Counted from the stretch's first letter, positions 8,207 to 17,437 are shown. The stretch is 20,331 nt of DNA from Candidatus Heimdallarchaeota archaeon (GCA_019057635.1 DXJL01000139.1:1-20331), one strand, 5' to 3'. A program made the numbers and translations. The notes: a model not told the origin generated them from the letters alone.

Positions 8207-9025
8207 TCAGGGAAGAGATTCAAGGATGAACTTATTAACCGCTGATCGTCCTTGATAACGTTTAACAGCCTTGACTAGTACATTCTGAAAGAATTTGACA
8301 CTTTTCTGATCAACATCGAATATTAGATCTCTATACGCAATTTTTTCCAGCACCAGTACCTCTGGAGGTGCAGAGGGAGGTTTATTTCTAGTTGAATGAT
8401 CATTCAGTAGGATAATTGTATCAGAAACAGTTAATTCAGTTGTTGCTACCTCTATAAGATGACCAATAATTCTACGTACTTGCTGCCATAAAAACGATCG
8501 CGAGGATATTCGTAGCTGTAGAATGTTTTCATCTAGCTGCAGGATCGAAGTCTCGGTAATGGTCTTCATTGTATTTTTAGGGTTTGTAGAGTCATTTTTC
8601 GCAAAGTTTCGAAAATCATGCGTTCCCTGGAGTGCATTGAAAGAGTGTTTCATTTGTTCTAAGTCATAATCATCATTAATCACTAGAAAATATGAATAAG
8701 TCCGTAATAATGCATCTTTTCGTGGATTAAATTCGTCAGATACGTTCGTTTTTCCAATTAGCTGTATTCCAGATGGTAAATAAGAATTGATTTCTGGAAT
8801 AATGGGAGAATTTATTGAGTCAAATGCTATCACTTGGCTCAATGCTCCCACCCCTCTATCTGTTCTACTCGCAAATGTAACTTCATTCTCTGATTGAATG
8901 AGCCTTGCTTTATGTAGACCCTTACAGACAACTGTAAATATGTTTGTAGTATCATGAAGTTGGTGATTAAATCCACTATAGCTATTATCTGGAATATACG
9001 CTAATCTTAGAGCATAACGAGGCAT
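8207..9025 (-). CDS. truA: tRNA pseudouridine(38-40) synthase TruA
   Basis: ASRTDRGV catalytic motif, GTHDFRNF, SFLWQQVRRI. Confidence 0.92.
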   Translation of the reverse strand: MPRYALRLAYIPDNSYSGFNHQLHDTTNIFTVVCKGLHKARLIQSENEVTFASRTDRGVGALSQVIAFDSINSPIIPEINSYLPSGIQLIGKTNVSDEFNPRKDALLRTYSYFLVINDDYDLEQMKHSFNALQGTHDFRNFAKNDSTNPKNTMKTITETSILQLDENILQLRISSRSFLWQQVRRIIGHLIEVATTELTVSDTIILLNDHSTRNKPPSAPPEVLVLEKIAYRDLIFDVDQKSVKFFQNVLVKAVKRYQGRSAVNKFILESLP

Positions 9026-9027
9026 CC

Positions 9028-10152
9028 TTAATCCTCGGCTGGAATGTTTTGCTGTTTCATGATAGCTGTAATTTGTTTTTGATTTGTTTTAAAGAAATCC
9101 ACCAGAAGAGCGTGTAAATTTGCTGGATCATTCATTGATACGAGATTAAAGGGATGAGTAGAAAAATTCTCCTTCCCAAAGGCTTCTAGTGCATCTTTTT
9201 CTATTTGATCAAATAAATCGGCCTTACTAAATAAAAGAAGAAGGGGAACATCAGAAAATTCGCTGATAATTTGGCTATAGAGATTAAGTTGAGCATTAAT
9301 TGCTTCTTGTTGAGTAAAATCAAAGATAAAGACAATGGCTGCAGCTAATGTCTTTAAGGCTGCTAAAGCACGCAATTCGATCTCATTCCGTTTATCTAAC
9401 GCGCGATCTAGGATTCCAGGAGTATCCACGATTTGACAAGGAATATGCGTGAGAGGTTCTGTATGTGAGGAAGAGGCATACACAGGGATTTCCAAGTGAC
9501 CAACCGTCGCTTCTTTTGTTGTAAAAGGATAAGCTCCGATTTCAGGAGTGGCGGATGTTACTCCGTTCACTAAAGAACTTTTTCCTACATTAGGATAACC
9601 AGCAATGCAAAGAGTTGGTTGTTCAAGATCAATTCCTGGCATTAAACGCATTTCTTTCCGAACTGACTCTAAATACTCAAGTCGAGTCTTTAACTTCTTA
9701 ATTACCGATTCAAAACGCCCAAATGCGGCTCTACGTAAATCTTTTGTCGCTAATATCGAGCTAGCGTGCCACACAGTTCCTATATACTCCCGCTTAATCT
9801 GCCAGATGAGATTTGCAGAACCTGATAATGATCCAAGTGTCTGCCGAATTTTATCTATGCTAAAGCTAATATCAAGGATTTCAACATAGAAATCAGGAAT
9901 ATATCCGTCTTGTAGAGTTGGAAATTCTTCCACAATTCGAAATAATCGCTCTCTTAATTGTCTTGAAAGAAGTTCTATCCTAACTGCTTCTTTCTTTCTG
10001 GCTTTACGAATTAGTGGTACAGATTTAGATGATCCAGACGTTCCACGTATTGAAGTCTTCATAACCGTATTATGAGACAGGGTAAACAACTCATCTGCAA
10101 AAGGGATGGGTTTTATTGCCCTGAAAGGATTTGTAGAAGGCACGGGAACCAC
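9028..10152 (-). CDS. NOG1-family (Obg-like) GTPase
   Basis: NOG1 N-terminal helical domain; G1 GYPNVGKSS, G2 YPFTT, G3 DTPG, RNEIE, G4 variant SKAD. Confidence 0.92.
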   Translation of the reverse strand: MVPVPSTNPFRAIKPIPFADELFTLSHNTVMKTSIRGTSGSSKSVPLIRKARKKEAVRIELLSRQLRERLFRIVEEFPTLQDGYIPDFYVEILDISFSIDKIRQTLGSLSGSANLIWQIKREYIGTVWHASSILATKDLRRAAFGRFESVIKKLKTRLEYLESVRKEMRLMPGIDLEQPTLCIAGYPNVGKSSLVNGVTSATPEIGAYPFTTKEATVGHLEIPVYASSSHTEPLTHIPCQIVDTPGILDRALDKRNEIELRALAALKTLAAAIVFIFDFTQQEAINAQLNLYSQIISEFSDVPLLLLFSKADLFDQIEKDALEAFGKENFSTHPFNLVSMNDPANLHALLVDFFKTNQKQITAIMKQQNIPAED

Positions 10153-10187
10153 TTTATTCTTGATAAGAGTAATTATAGAATTCTGCT

Positions 10188-10709
10188 TTAGTCCGTTGTC
10201 TGTTTTATTTCTTGAAGTCGTTTCAATCCATCGATATCAACAATTACTTTTTGTACACTTAGGGGTACTAAATGCTCCCATTTTGCACCCTCTATCATTA
10301 ATTGTCTTATGTTCGACCCTTTGTAGATGGATCTTTTAACAAGTTTGGACGATTTCACTTGATATCCAGCTTCAACAAAAAGGCGTTGAATCAAGCTATT
10401 ATTTGTAAAAACTATAGAGAATGAAGGAGTGAAGCTCTGTACATGACTTACCCAAACAGGATTGCGAAAAATATCGTAGACTGGGATACAGAAGATATTT
10501 TCAAGAGCAATCCTCTCCGTTTTCAGGGTCTCATGAATCATCAAAATTCGTTCTCCTGTAGTAAAGGGATCTGTTATGGTGTGTGATTGCTGGGCGCTTC
10601 CTATAACAATAATTAACTCGTCAACTTCTTCTAAGAGTGATTTTATTGTTTGAAGATGACCGAGATGGAATGGACTAAAACGTCCAACAAATAAGCCTCT
10701 GATCGTTAA
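10188..10709 (-). CDS. Nicotinamide-nucleotide adenylyltransferase (archaeal NMNAT/NadM); non-canonical start, position approximate
   Basis: Reading upstream of the ORF-track start gives RGLFVGRFSPFHLGH...IIVIGSAQQSHTITDPFTTGERILMI (HxGH motif). AGGAGG lies 8 nt upstream of TTA10709, and there is an in-frame stop at 10745-10743. Confidence 0.88.
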   Translation of the reverse strand, partial: LTIRGLFVGRFSPFHLGHLQTIKSLLEEVDELIIVIGSAQQSHTITDPFTTGERILMIHETLKTERIALENIFCIPVYDIFRNPVWVSHVQSFTPSFSIVFTNNSLIQRLFVEAGYQVKSSKLVKRSIYKGSNIRQLMIEGAKWEHLVPLSVQKVIVDIDGLKRLQEIKQTTD

Positions 10710-10729
10710 ATTTATTTCCTCCTTGTTGT

Positions 10730-11533
10730 TTAATTCTCCTTTTTACCGTCTTTACGTTCTGTTTTAGCTCGTAAAGCATCTTCTATTGAAATTTTCCCTA
10801 ATGCTACTTGTTCGGCTAGTTTAGAGTCTATTGTAAGATTGCCTGACAATTCTCGACTCCTGTTTTGAATTTCTTTCACACGACCAGGAGGAATTTCAGT
10901 TCTTACCATATGGGTTTTTGGTTGGCCTTCTCTAAACCCAATTGCAATGGCGGCTTTTTCATCGAGACTGAGATTCTGTTGAGAAGAGGTTGTTTTAACA
11001 TTGGTTGCGGCTTCATTAACGATTTCCAGATGAAAATTAGGAATGTTCTGGAACGCTTCAAAAATTCTATTAAATACTACTGTCGATATTGATATGGGTT
11101 TGTCGCCAATCCGTACGATTATTTCTTCTGATGGAAATGTCAAAAGAAAGCCCTGTATGGTATTATTCAAAGTTTCAAGATAAACTGTCTTCGCAGATAA
11201 TGTCATTCCATCACAAATTGCCGCAACACCTATTTTCTCTCCAGGATCAATTCCAATGAGCATCTTTTGGAAACAGGGTGATTGATGTCGAGCTATTAAT
11301 CCGATTAAGTTGGGGACTGTATCTACACCAAGATCTTCATATCTAAGATGAATCACACCATTATTACTTTGTTCATGGACATCTTCATCAGTTGTGATAA
11401 TTAAATCAAAGTGTTTCAGTGGTATTGGTTGATTTTCTGAGAAAAATTTCACTCTAAGAGATGTGTTTTGGCTTAACTTCAACAATTTGTAGTAAAAACG
11501 CATATTGTTTGTTCTAACTGCTATGACAGCCAA
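10730..11533 (-). CDS. Conserved archaeal protein with an RNase H-like (YqgF/RuvC-type) fold
   Basis: LIGIDPGEKIGVA, EIVNE and DEKAA acidic motifs; C-terminal PGRVKEIQNRSRELSG...LAEQVALGKISIEDA segment. Confidence 0.65.
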   Translation of the reverse strand: MAVIAVRTNNMRFYYKLLKLSQNTSLRVKFFSENQPIPLKHFDLIITTDEDVHEQSNNGVIHLRYEDLGVDTVPNLIGLIARHQSPCFQKMLIGIDPGEKIGVAAICDGMTLSAKTVYLETLNNTIQGFLLTFPSEEIIVRIGDKPISISTVVFNRIFEAFQNIPNFHLEIVNEAATNVKTTSSQQNLSLDEKAAIAIGFREGQPKTHMVRTEIPPGRVKEIQNRSRELSGNLTIDSKLAEQVALGKISIEDALRAKTERKDGKKEN

Positions 11534-11647
11534 AATATGACATCCATTATAGATAGTAGACCCTGATCTTACAGCCTATAATAATATATTCTGTGCAGAT
11601 TTCTTAATATTAGAGATACAAATTATCCACGTAGCGATGTATCAGTC

Positions 11648-12256
11648 ATGAATCAAGAGTTATCCCCGATTTTTCAAGCTAAGAATAAGGTCATTCATAT
11701 TTTCGGATTACCTGGTACTTATAAAACAGCTTTTCTTGTTCAAATTATCTGGCAAAAACTTAAAGAAGGGATAGATCAAATATTTTTGGTGGATGCTAGC
11801 GGTAATTTTCCCTATGTAAAATTAAAGCCTATAGAAGATCTTTTGTCTAATCTTATTGTCTTCCAACCTAAGTCATTGAAAGAAGAAGTACTGATTATTG
11901 ATGATCTCGAAATTAAGGGGGTTGCAGATAAAACCATACTTCTAATAGATGATATTTTTCATAGGATTAATCCAGAGGAGGAAAATCATCTTGAATCCTA
12001 TCTTTTAGCAATTATTCAAGCACTATCACAACGAATTATTTTTCCAATATTTTTAACAAACCAAGGACGAGGATTTGAGAATAGGATTCATCCGCTTAGA
12101 GCAACTCTTATGACGAGATATTTTGACACCCATCTCTTTTTTCAGAAATCAACAAGGAAAAATGTCATTCAAATCATGAAATTAATCAATGATAGACATG
12201 AGTTCTTAACTGAACTGCAAGTCGATCCTTCAGGTTTTTTTCCTGATATGTTCTGA
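11648..12256 (+). CDS. RecA/RadA-superfamily paralog (RadB-like), divergent
   Basis: HIFGLPGTYKT (degenerate Walker A), FLVDASGNF, ILLIDD (Walker B), FLTNQ. Core-only length of about 200 aa. Confidence 0.65.
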   Translation: MNQELSPIFQAKNKVIHIFGLPGTYKTAFLVQIIWQKLKEGIDQIFLVDASGNFPYVKLKPIEDLLSNLIVFQPKSLKEEVLIIDDLEIKGVADKTILLIDDIFHRINPEEENHLESYLLAIIQALSQRIIFPIFLTNQGRGFENRIHPLRATLMTRYFDTHLFFQKSTRKNVIQIMKLINDRHEFLTELQVDPSGFFPDMF

Positions 12257-12265
12257 AATCTTCAG

Positions 12266-14047
12266 TTATATGCGTCGTGCTTGTTTCAACATCTCTTGAT
12301 GCGTGATTCTAAAATAGGTTGGTCGTCCGTGAGCACATATATTTGGGTTTTCAGTCTTGGCTAAACGAGATAGTAATTCTTGAGTTTGGCGAAAAGATAA
12401 TTGATCTCCTGATCGATAAGAGGTATGGCAGGCGATTACACTCAAGATTTTTGTGATCTCATCCTGAAAGAGTGAGGTATCAATTTTTGATGAGAGTAAT
12501 TCAAAGAATGTTTCAATATCAGTTTTTGCTAGTATTTTGGGAATCCCATGAATTTCAATTATTTCATCTTGCTTTTTAGGAACTCGTATATCGAAACCCA
12601 AGTTTGAGAGCTGTGGTATGAGCTGCTCATCTACAGAACGCTTAGTGAGTTCAAATGGTTGCAAAAGAGTTTGGATAGAAACTTTTCCTAATTTATGAAG
12701 ATTTATCAAACGTTCGAGGTTTACTCTTTCATGGGCTGCGTGGAAATCAAGAACAACCAAGTCATGAGTTGTAACATCTTCTAAAAGTATGAATTCTTTT
12801 CCTAAGGGGCCTCGATACTTCAGATCTGCGCCAATTAGATCCAAGGTTTCAGCTTTTTTTATGACATCGCTGAATTTACGATGCATTAGCGGTTGATTAC
12901 TAAATTCTATCTCGGAGGGAAGTGATTTTGAATCAAGTTGTACTTGAGACGCTTTAATTGGACTTCGGGAAGGACGGGAATCTATCTTTGACAGATTTAA
13001 TTGACTTTGTCTCTTCTTGATTGATGAACGAGTAAGCTGGGGAACTAAATCACTGGTTTTAAGACAATGATTAACAGCACCATGTACTGCAGTTCGAAGC
13101 ATCTTTTCATCATAAAACAAAACTTCACGCTTTTGAGGGTGAATATTTACATCAAATTCCTCTGGATCTATATCTAAAAAAACAAATGCACAAGGAAATT
13201 CCCCTTTCATTAGATATTCGCCATATCCTTCTTCTAATGCTTCCTGTAAGATGTTAGAAAAAATACTACGTCCATTGAGATAGAAAAACTGAAATTTTCT
13301 GTTTCGTTTGTGATTCCCTGGCTTACTGATATATCCCATTATGGATATTTTATCGCGTCCTACCACTCCTAAATTTAATAGTCCTTGTACGAGTTCTGAA
13401 CCAAATACCTTCCGAATTGGGAGCAAATAATCAGTAGATCTGATAGTATGAATAAGTTCTTTGTCATCTGCCTTGAAGACGAATGAAATCTCTGGATGTG
13501 CAACTGCATATTGAGCAACAATATCATAAATGTAGCCTTGTTCGATATAAGATTTTTTTAAGAACTTCCTTCTTACAATGAAGTTGAAAAAGAGATCTTT
13601 TACCCGAATGATGGTTCCTGAAACCGCAAGAATGTCTTCAGATATGGAGATATTATCAACATCTCCTGAAACTTTCAATTTTGTAGCAATTTCTTCTTCG
13701 GCCCTTCGACTAATAATCGTAAATCGGCACACCGAAGCAATAGAATATAGCGCCTCACCACGGAATCCCATGGTATTTATTCTAGCTAGGTCTGCTTCAG
13801 ATTCAATTTTGCTTGTAGAATGACGTTTTATTGACAAAGGTAATTCATTTGCTGCAATGCCTTTTCCATTATCCCGGATCTCAATTAGATCTTTACCCCC
13901 TTCTATAATAGTTATAGAAATTTCAGTAGCTTCTGCATCAATTGCATTTTCTATTAATTCTTTGACAACAGAGACTGGACGTTCAATTACTTCCCCCGCA
14001 GCGATTTTACTTATGACCAATGGCTCAAGGAGTTGTATCTTTGGCAA
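12266..14047 (-). CDS. mutL: DNA mismatch repair endonuclease MutL
   Basis: KIAAGEVIERP, ELIENAIDA, GFRGEAL, DVNIHPQKREV. C-terminal endonuclease motifs DFHAAHERVNLE, ACH, CAHGRP. Confidence 0.97.
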   Translation of the reverse strand: MPKIQLLEPLVISKIAAGEVIERPVSVVKELIENAIDAEATEISITIIEGGKDLIEIRDNGKGIAANELPLSIKRHSTSKIESEADLARINTMGFRGEALYSIASVCRFTIISRRAEEEIATKLKVSGDVDNISISEDILAVSGTIIRVKDLFFNFIVRRKFLKKSYIEQGYIYDIVAQYAVAHPEISFVFKADDKELIHTIRSTDYLLPIRKVFGSELVQGLLNLGVVGRDKISIMGYISKPGNHKRNRKFQFFYLNGRSIFSNILQEALEEGYGEYLMKGEFPCAFVFLDIDPEEFDVNIHPQKREVLFYDEKMLRTAVHGAVNHCLKTSDLVPQLTRSSIKKRQSQLNLSKIDSRPSRSPIKASQVQLDSKSLPSEIEFSNQPLMHRKFSDVIKKAETLDLIGADLKYRGPLGKEFILLEDVTTHDLVVLDFHAAHERVNLERLINLHKLGKVSIQTLLQPFELTKRSVDEQLIPQLSNLGFDIRVPKKQDEIIEIHGIPKILAKTDIETFFELLSSKIDTSLFQDEITKILSVIACHTSYRSGDQLSFRQTQELLSRLAKTENPNICAHGRPTYFRITHQEMLKQARRI

Positions 14048-14051
14048 TTTC

Positions 14052-16796
14052 TTATTTCTCCTCGATTTTGTGTTCTAGCTTCTTTAATTCTTCGACGAGT
14101 TCCTCAAGCTGTTTTAATGCTTCTATCGGAGTTTTATAATTAACGTCGATACCTGTATAACTCTTAAGAAAGGCTAATATCGAAAATTTCAGACTTTTCA
14201 GCTCTTCTTCATATTTGTCCTTACTAATATTTTGAGAGAAGGCTTCAGCAAGTGATAATTGTCGTGGTTGTCCTGTTTTCTCTCCTACTCCTTTTGTCAT
14301 GGGTTTATGGCTGGAAGTTGACTCTAGTTCTAGAAGTTTCTTTTGGGCATTATAAATGACACTTTGAGGAACTCCAGCCATTTTAGCCACACTAATACCA
14401 AAAGAATGGTCGGTAGCACCCTGATGTAGTTTATATAACAACATTAGCTCACCATTACGCTCTTTGGCTGTAAGGTGGAAATTTTTAACTCTAGAGGAAC
14501 GTTCTACCAGTTCACTTAATTGATGGTAGTGGGTAGCAAACAGTGTTTTACATTTGATATTAACTACAATATGTTCAGCTATTGCCCAAGCCAGAGATAA
14601 GCCATCGAATGTACTTGTTCCTCGACCCACCTCATCTAAGATAACTAAGGAGTTTTCCGTTGCATTATGTAATATATGAGATGTTTCAAGCATTTCTAGC
14701 ATAAAGGTTGATTGACCAAACGCTAAACGATCAAATGCACCTACTCTTGTGAATATCTTATCAACAATCCCAAATTCAAACGATTTAGCTGGTACCCAAG
14801 ATCCTGTTTGAGCCATTAGTATCATTAAAGCCACTTGACGAATCAAAGTTGATTTACCAGACATATTAGGGCCTGTAACTATGTGGAGCTCACCTGCTTC
14901 TAGGAGAATAGAATTGGGTATAAATCCAGTATCGTGTTGTAGATGTTCCACAACAGCATGCCGTCCCTCTTGAATCTTAATTTTTGACCCCTTAATAATA
15001 AGAGGACGACAATAATTATTCTTCAGAGCAGTAGATGCAAAACAGGTCAAAACGTCTAATTCTGCTAATAAATCTGAAAACGATTTAACTTGAGTGAGAT
15101 TCTCTGATATTTTATCACGAACTTCACAAAAAAGATTATACTCAAGATCTATTATCTTTTCGTCTAAATTCAATATTTTTTCTTCAATTTCTTTCAATCT
15201 AGGAGTAATGAATCGCTCGGCGTTAACTAGCGTTTGACGGCGAGTATAATCAGAAGGAACCGCATCTTCCCCAGCATCCCTTAATTGAGCCTTAGTGGCT
15301 TCTATATAATAACCATGAACGGAATTATACCCAAGTTTAATGTTAAAAGATGTCCGGTTCTGTTCATGAACTTCGACCTCATCAAGGATAGCTTTCTGAT
15401 TAGTTTTTAACTCGTAAAGTTCAAATAATTCCTCATGATAATCTGGTTTAATGATGCCTCCCTCAGTAATTTTTATCGGAGGGTCATCTTGAATAGCATG
15501 TGTTATCAAGTTTCTAATATCAACAAGATCCGTAGATTCAAAAGAAACAATTTTATGAGTAATTTCACATTCCAATGGACTCTGTGAGAGGAAGTGCTGT
15601 ATCTCAAGACTGGCAATTAATGAATTCATTAGTGATGAAAGATCACGTCCATTTGCTGAATGATACTTGATCTTAGAGATAAGTCTTTGGAAATCAGATA
15701 TTGAGGCAATTAAATGGTTAATGTGGTCACAGACTTCGGGATTCGAGTAAAAAGCGTGTACCGCGCCCAAACGGGCATTAATGGAAATTTTGTCTCGTAG
15801 GGGTTGTAACAGCCACCTTCTTAATAATCGAGCTCCAGTACTGGAATGAATATCAGAAAAAACGGATAAAAGACTACCTGCAACTCGTCCATCAAAAGCA
15901 TTGCCAATTATTTCCAAATTACGTTGAGTGTTTGAATCCAGAATTAGAGAAGAACTATCGTCCAACAGTTTCATACTAGTCAGATTTGAAGGATAATCTG
16001 GTTTTAACATAGCTAAATGGGATATTACGGCGCCAGTAGCTCTAATTCCCTCTTCCATCAATGCACATCCGAAACCTGCGAGAGATTTAACTTGAAAATG
16101 ATCAAGAAGAGTTTCTCTAGCAGTTTGAAGATTGAACAGTGTTTCATTAACAGGAGAGATCATAGTATTGGATGAAAGGTTAATAACATTTTCAATTGAA
16201 AGTTGCAGATCCCCTCTCAGATTAGTTTCTGGTATAATAATTTCTTTGGGGTGGAATCGAGTAAATTCATCTTTAAATCGTTCGATAACATTTTTGTTAA
16301 TTTCTGATATCAACAATTCACCTGTTGAAATGTCAACGAGTGATAAACCAATATTTTTCTTACGTTCATTAATAACTAAACTTAACATAAAATTATTCAT
16401 TGTATCATCTAAAATTGAGGATTCAAAGACAGTTCCTGGAGTTACTACCCGTGTAACTCCTCTTTTAACAATTTTCCCTGACGGAAGCTTTTTTGCATCC
16501 TCTAATTGGTCAACTATGGCCACTTTATATCCATTATCAACTAGTTTCTTGAGATATGAATCGATTGCCTTTACTGGTACTCCTGCTAACGGTATTCTTG
16601 CGTTTCCACCCCCCATACTCCTAGAAGTAAGAGTAATATTTAATACTTTAGAAATACACTTTGCATCTTCATTGAAAGCCTCGTAAAAATCACCTAACTG
16701 AAAAAATACAATAGTATCTGGAAAATCCTTCTTGATATCCGCATATTGTGTCATTGCAGTGGTTTTTGTGCGGGGTTTAGAGCGCATTGAATTCAA
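14052..16796 (-). CDS. mutS: DNA mismatch repair protein MutS (MutS1 type)
   Basis: GDFYE mismatch-binding motif, GPNMSGKS, STFM, DEVGRGTS, FATHY, C-terminal HTH. Alternative start ATG16787. Confidence 0.97.
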   Translation of the reverse strand: MNSMRSKPRTKTTAMTQYADIKKDFPDTIVFFQLGDFYEAFNEDAKCISKVLNITLTSRSMGGGNARIPLAGVPVKAIDSYLKKLVDNGYKVAIVDQLEDAKKLPSGKIVKRGVTRVVTPGTVFESSILDDTMNNFMLSLVINERKKNIGLSLVDISTGELLISEINKNVIERFKDEFTRFHPKEIIIPETNLRGDLQLSIENVINLSSNTMISPVNETLFNLQTARETLLDHFQVKSLAGFGCALMEEGIRATGAVISHLAMLKPDYPSNLTSMKLLDDSSSLILDSNTQRNLEIIGNAFDGRVAGSLLSVFSDIHSSTGARLLRRWLLQPLRDKISINARLGAVHAFYSNPEVCDHINHLIASISDFQRLISKIKYHSANGRDLSSLMNSLIASLEIQHFLSQSPLECEITHKIVSFESTDLVDIRNLITHAIQDDPPIKITEGGIIKPDYHEELFELYELKTNQKAILDEVEVHEQNRTSFNIKLGYNSVHGYYIEATKAQLRDAGEDAVPSDYTRRQTLVNAERFITPRLKEIEEKILNLDEKIIDLEYNLFCEVRDKISENLTQVKSFSDLLAELDVLTCFASTALKNNYCRPLIIKGSKIKIQEGRHAVVEHLQHDTGFIPNSILLEAGELHIVTGPNMSGKSTLIRQVALMILMAQTGSWVPAKSFEFGIVDKIFTRVGAFDRLAFGQSTFMLEMLETSHILHNATENSLVILDEVGRGTSTFDGLSLAWAIAEHIVVNIKCKTLFATHYHQLSELVERSSRVKNFHLTAKERNGELMLLYKLHQGATDHSFGISVAKMAGVPQSVIYNAQKKLLELESTSSHKPMTKGVGEKTGQPRQLSLAEAFSQNISKDKYEEELKSLKFSILAFLKSYTGIDVNYKTPIEALKQLEELVEELKKLEHKIEEK

Positions 16797-16971
16797 TTCA
16801 CGTATTTTTCTGATATACTAAGTTTTAGCTAAATGGAAAATATTTAATCATAATTATTAAATCTTGCGTCTGATAAAGGGAAAATTACTCTTGTCCTTGA
16901 ATATCTCCTTAGGAATAAGTAAGGAACAAGAGAGATAGAAAAAATTTCAGATACTTAGAAAAAAAATCCTT

Positions 16972-17056
16972 GCGGGGATTTCCCAGCCTGGTCAAAGGAG
17001 CTAGGTTCAGGTCCTAGTCGTGTAGACGTTCGTGAGTTCAAATCTCACTCCCCGCA
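16972..17056 (+). tRNA. tRNA-Leu(CAG), intronless
   Basis: Acceptor GCGGGGA/TCCCCGC, discriminator A. Anticodon arm CTAGG-TTCAGGT-CCTAG, long variable arm, T-arm GTGAG-TTCAAAT-CTCAC. Confidence 0.96.
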
Positions 17057-17110
17057 TCCTTAACACATAATAAAGCCGAGGTAGCCAAGCGGTACGGCGC
17101 CAGACTCGAG

Positions 17111-17130
17111 TTATTGCAATATAACGAGAG
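17111..17130 (+). other. tRNA-Ser canonical anticodon-loop intron (37/38), 20 nt
   Basis: Central helix CTCG(17105-17108)/CGAG(17125-17128), 3' bulge AGA. Splicing gives the loop CTCGAGA. Confidence 0.88.
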
Positions 17131-17161
17131 ATCTGGTGTGCTCTGCACACGTGGGTTCAAG

Positions 17162-17192
17162 TTAAAGTATCGTCATTGATACTTCATGAAAT
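17162..17192 (+). other. tRNA-Ser T-loop intron (59/60), 31 nt
   Basis: BHB with TTCA(17156-17159)/TGAA(17187-17190), bulges AGT and ATT, inner stem AAGTATCG/TGATACTT. Splicing restores TTCAAGT. Confidence 0.9.
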
Positions 17193-17437
17193 TCCCACCC
17201 TCGGCGCTCCCTAGGTATTCGAGATACGATACTCGAAAAACAAACTTTGTTTTCTTGCCGTAAGGTAACACACTTAAGGGGCTTACAGAGACACCTTCTT
17301 TTGCATATATAAAGAAAAATCTTGGGTGAGCAGAAAAAACTCGGAAGAATTTCCCTGCAAAAATAACTAGGAGAAAATCCGAATAATCCAGATTAAAATA
17401 TCTTTATAAGAGAATTATTTAATTTATTACTACTACA

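Larger units (their letters stand above)
17075..17206 (+). tRNA. tRNA-Ser(CGA) with two introns (37/38 and 59/60)
   Basis: Acceptor GCCGAGG/CCTCGGC, discriminator G. Anticodon stem CCAGA/TCTGG with CGA at 17107-17109. Variable arm TGTGC-TCT-GCACA. T-stem GTGGG/CCCAC. Lies 18 nt after tRNA-Leu. Confidence 0.93.

Noticed and set aside
9605-16686. Plus-strand ORFs 9605-9889, 10106-10339, 10865-11092, 13578-13823, 13857-14078, 16132-16686
   Set aside because: Antisense shadows of well-supported minus-strand genes.
17075-17206. Possibility that the long tRNA is tRNA-Sec or a suppressor
   Set aside because: After intron removal it has a normal 7/5 fold with a CGA anticodon and G73.
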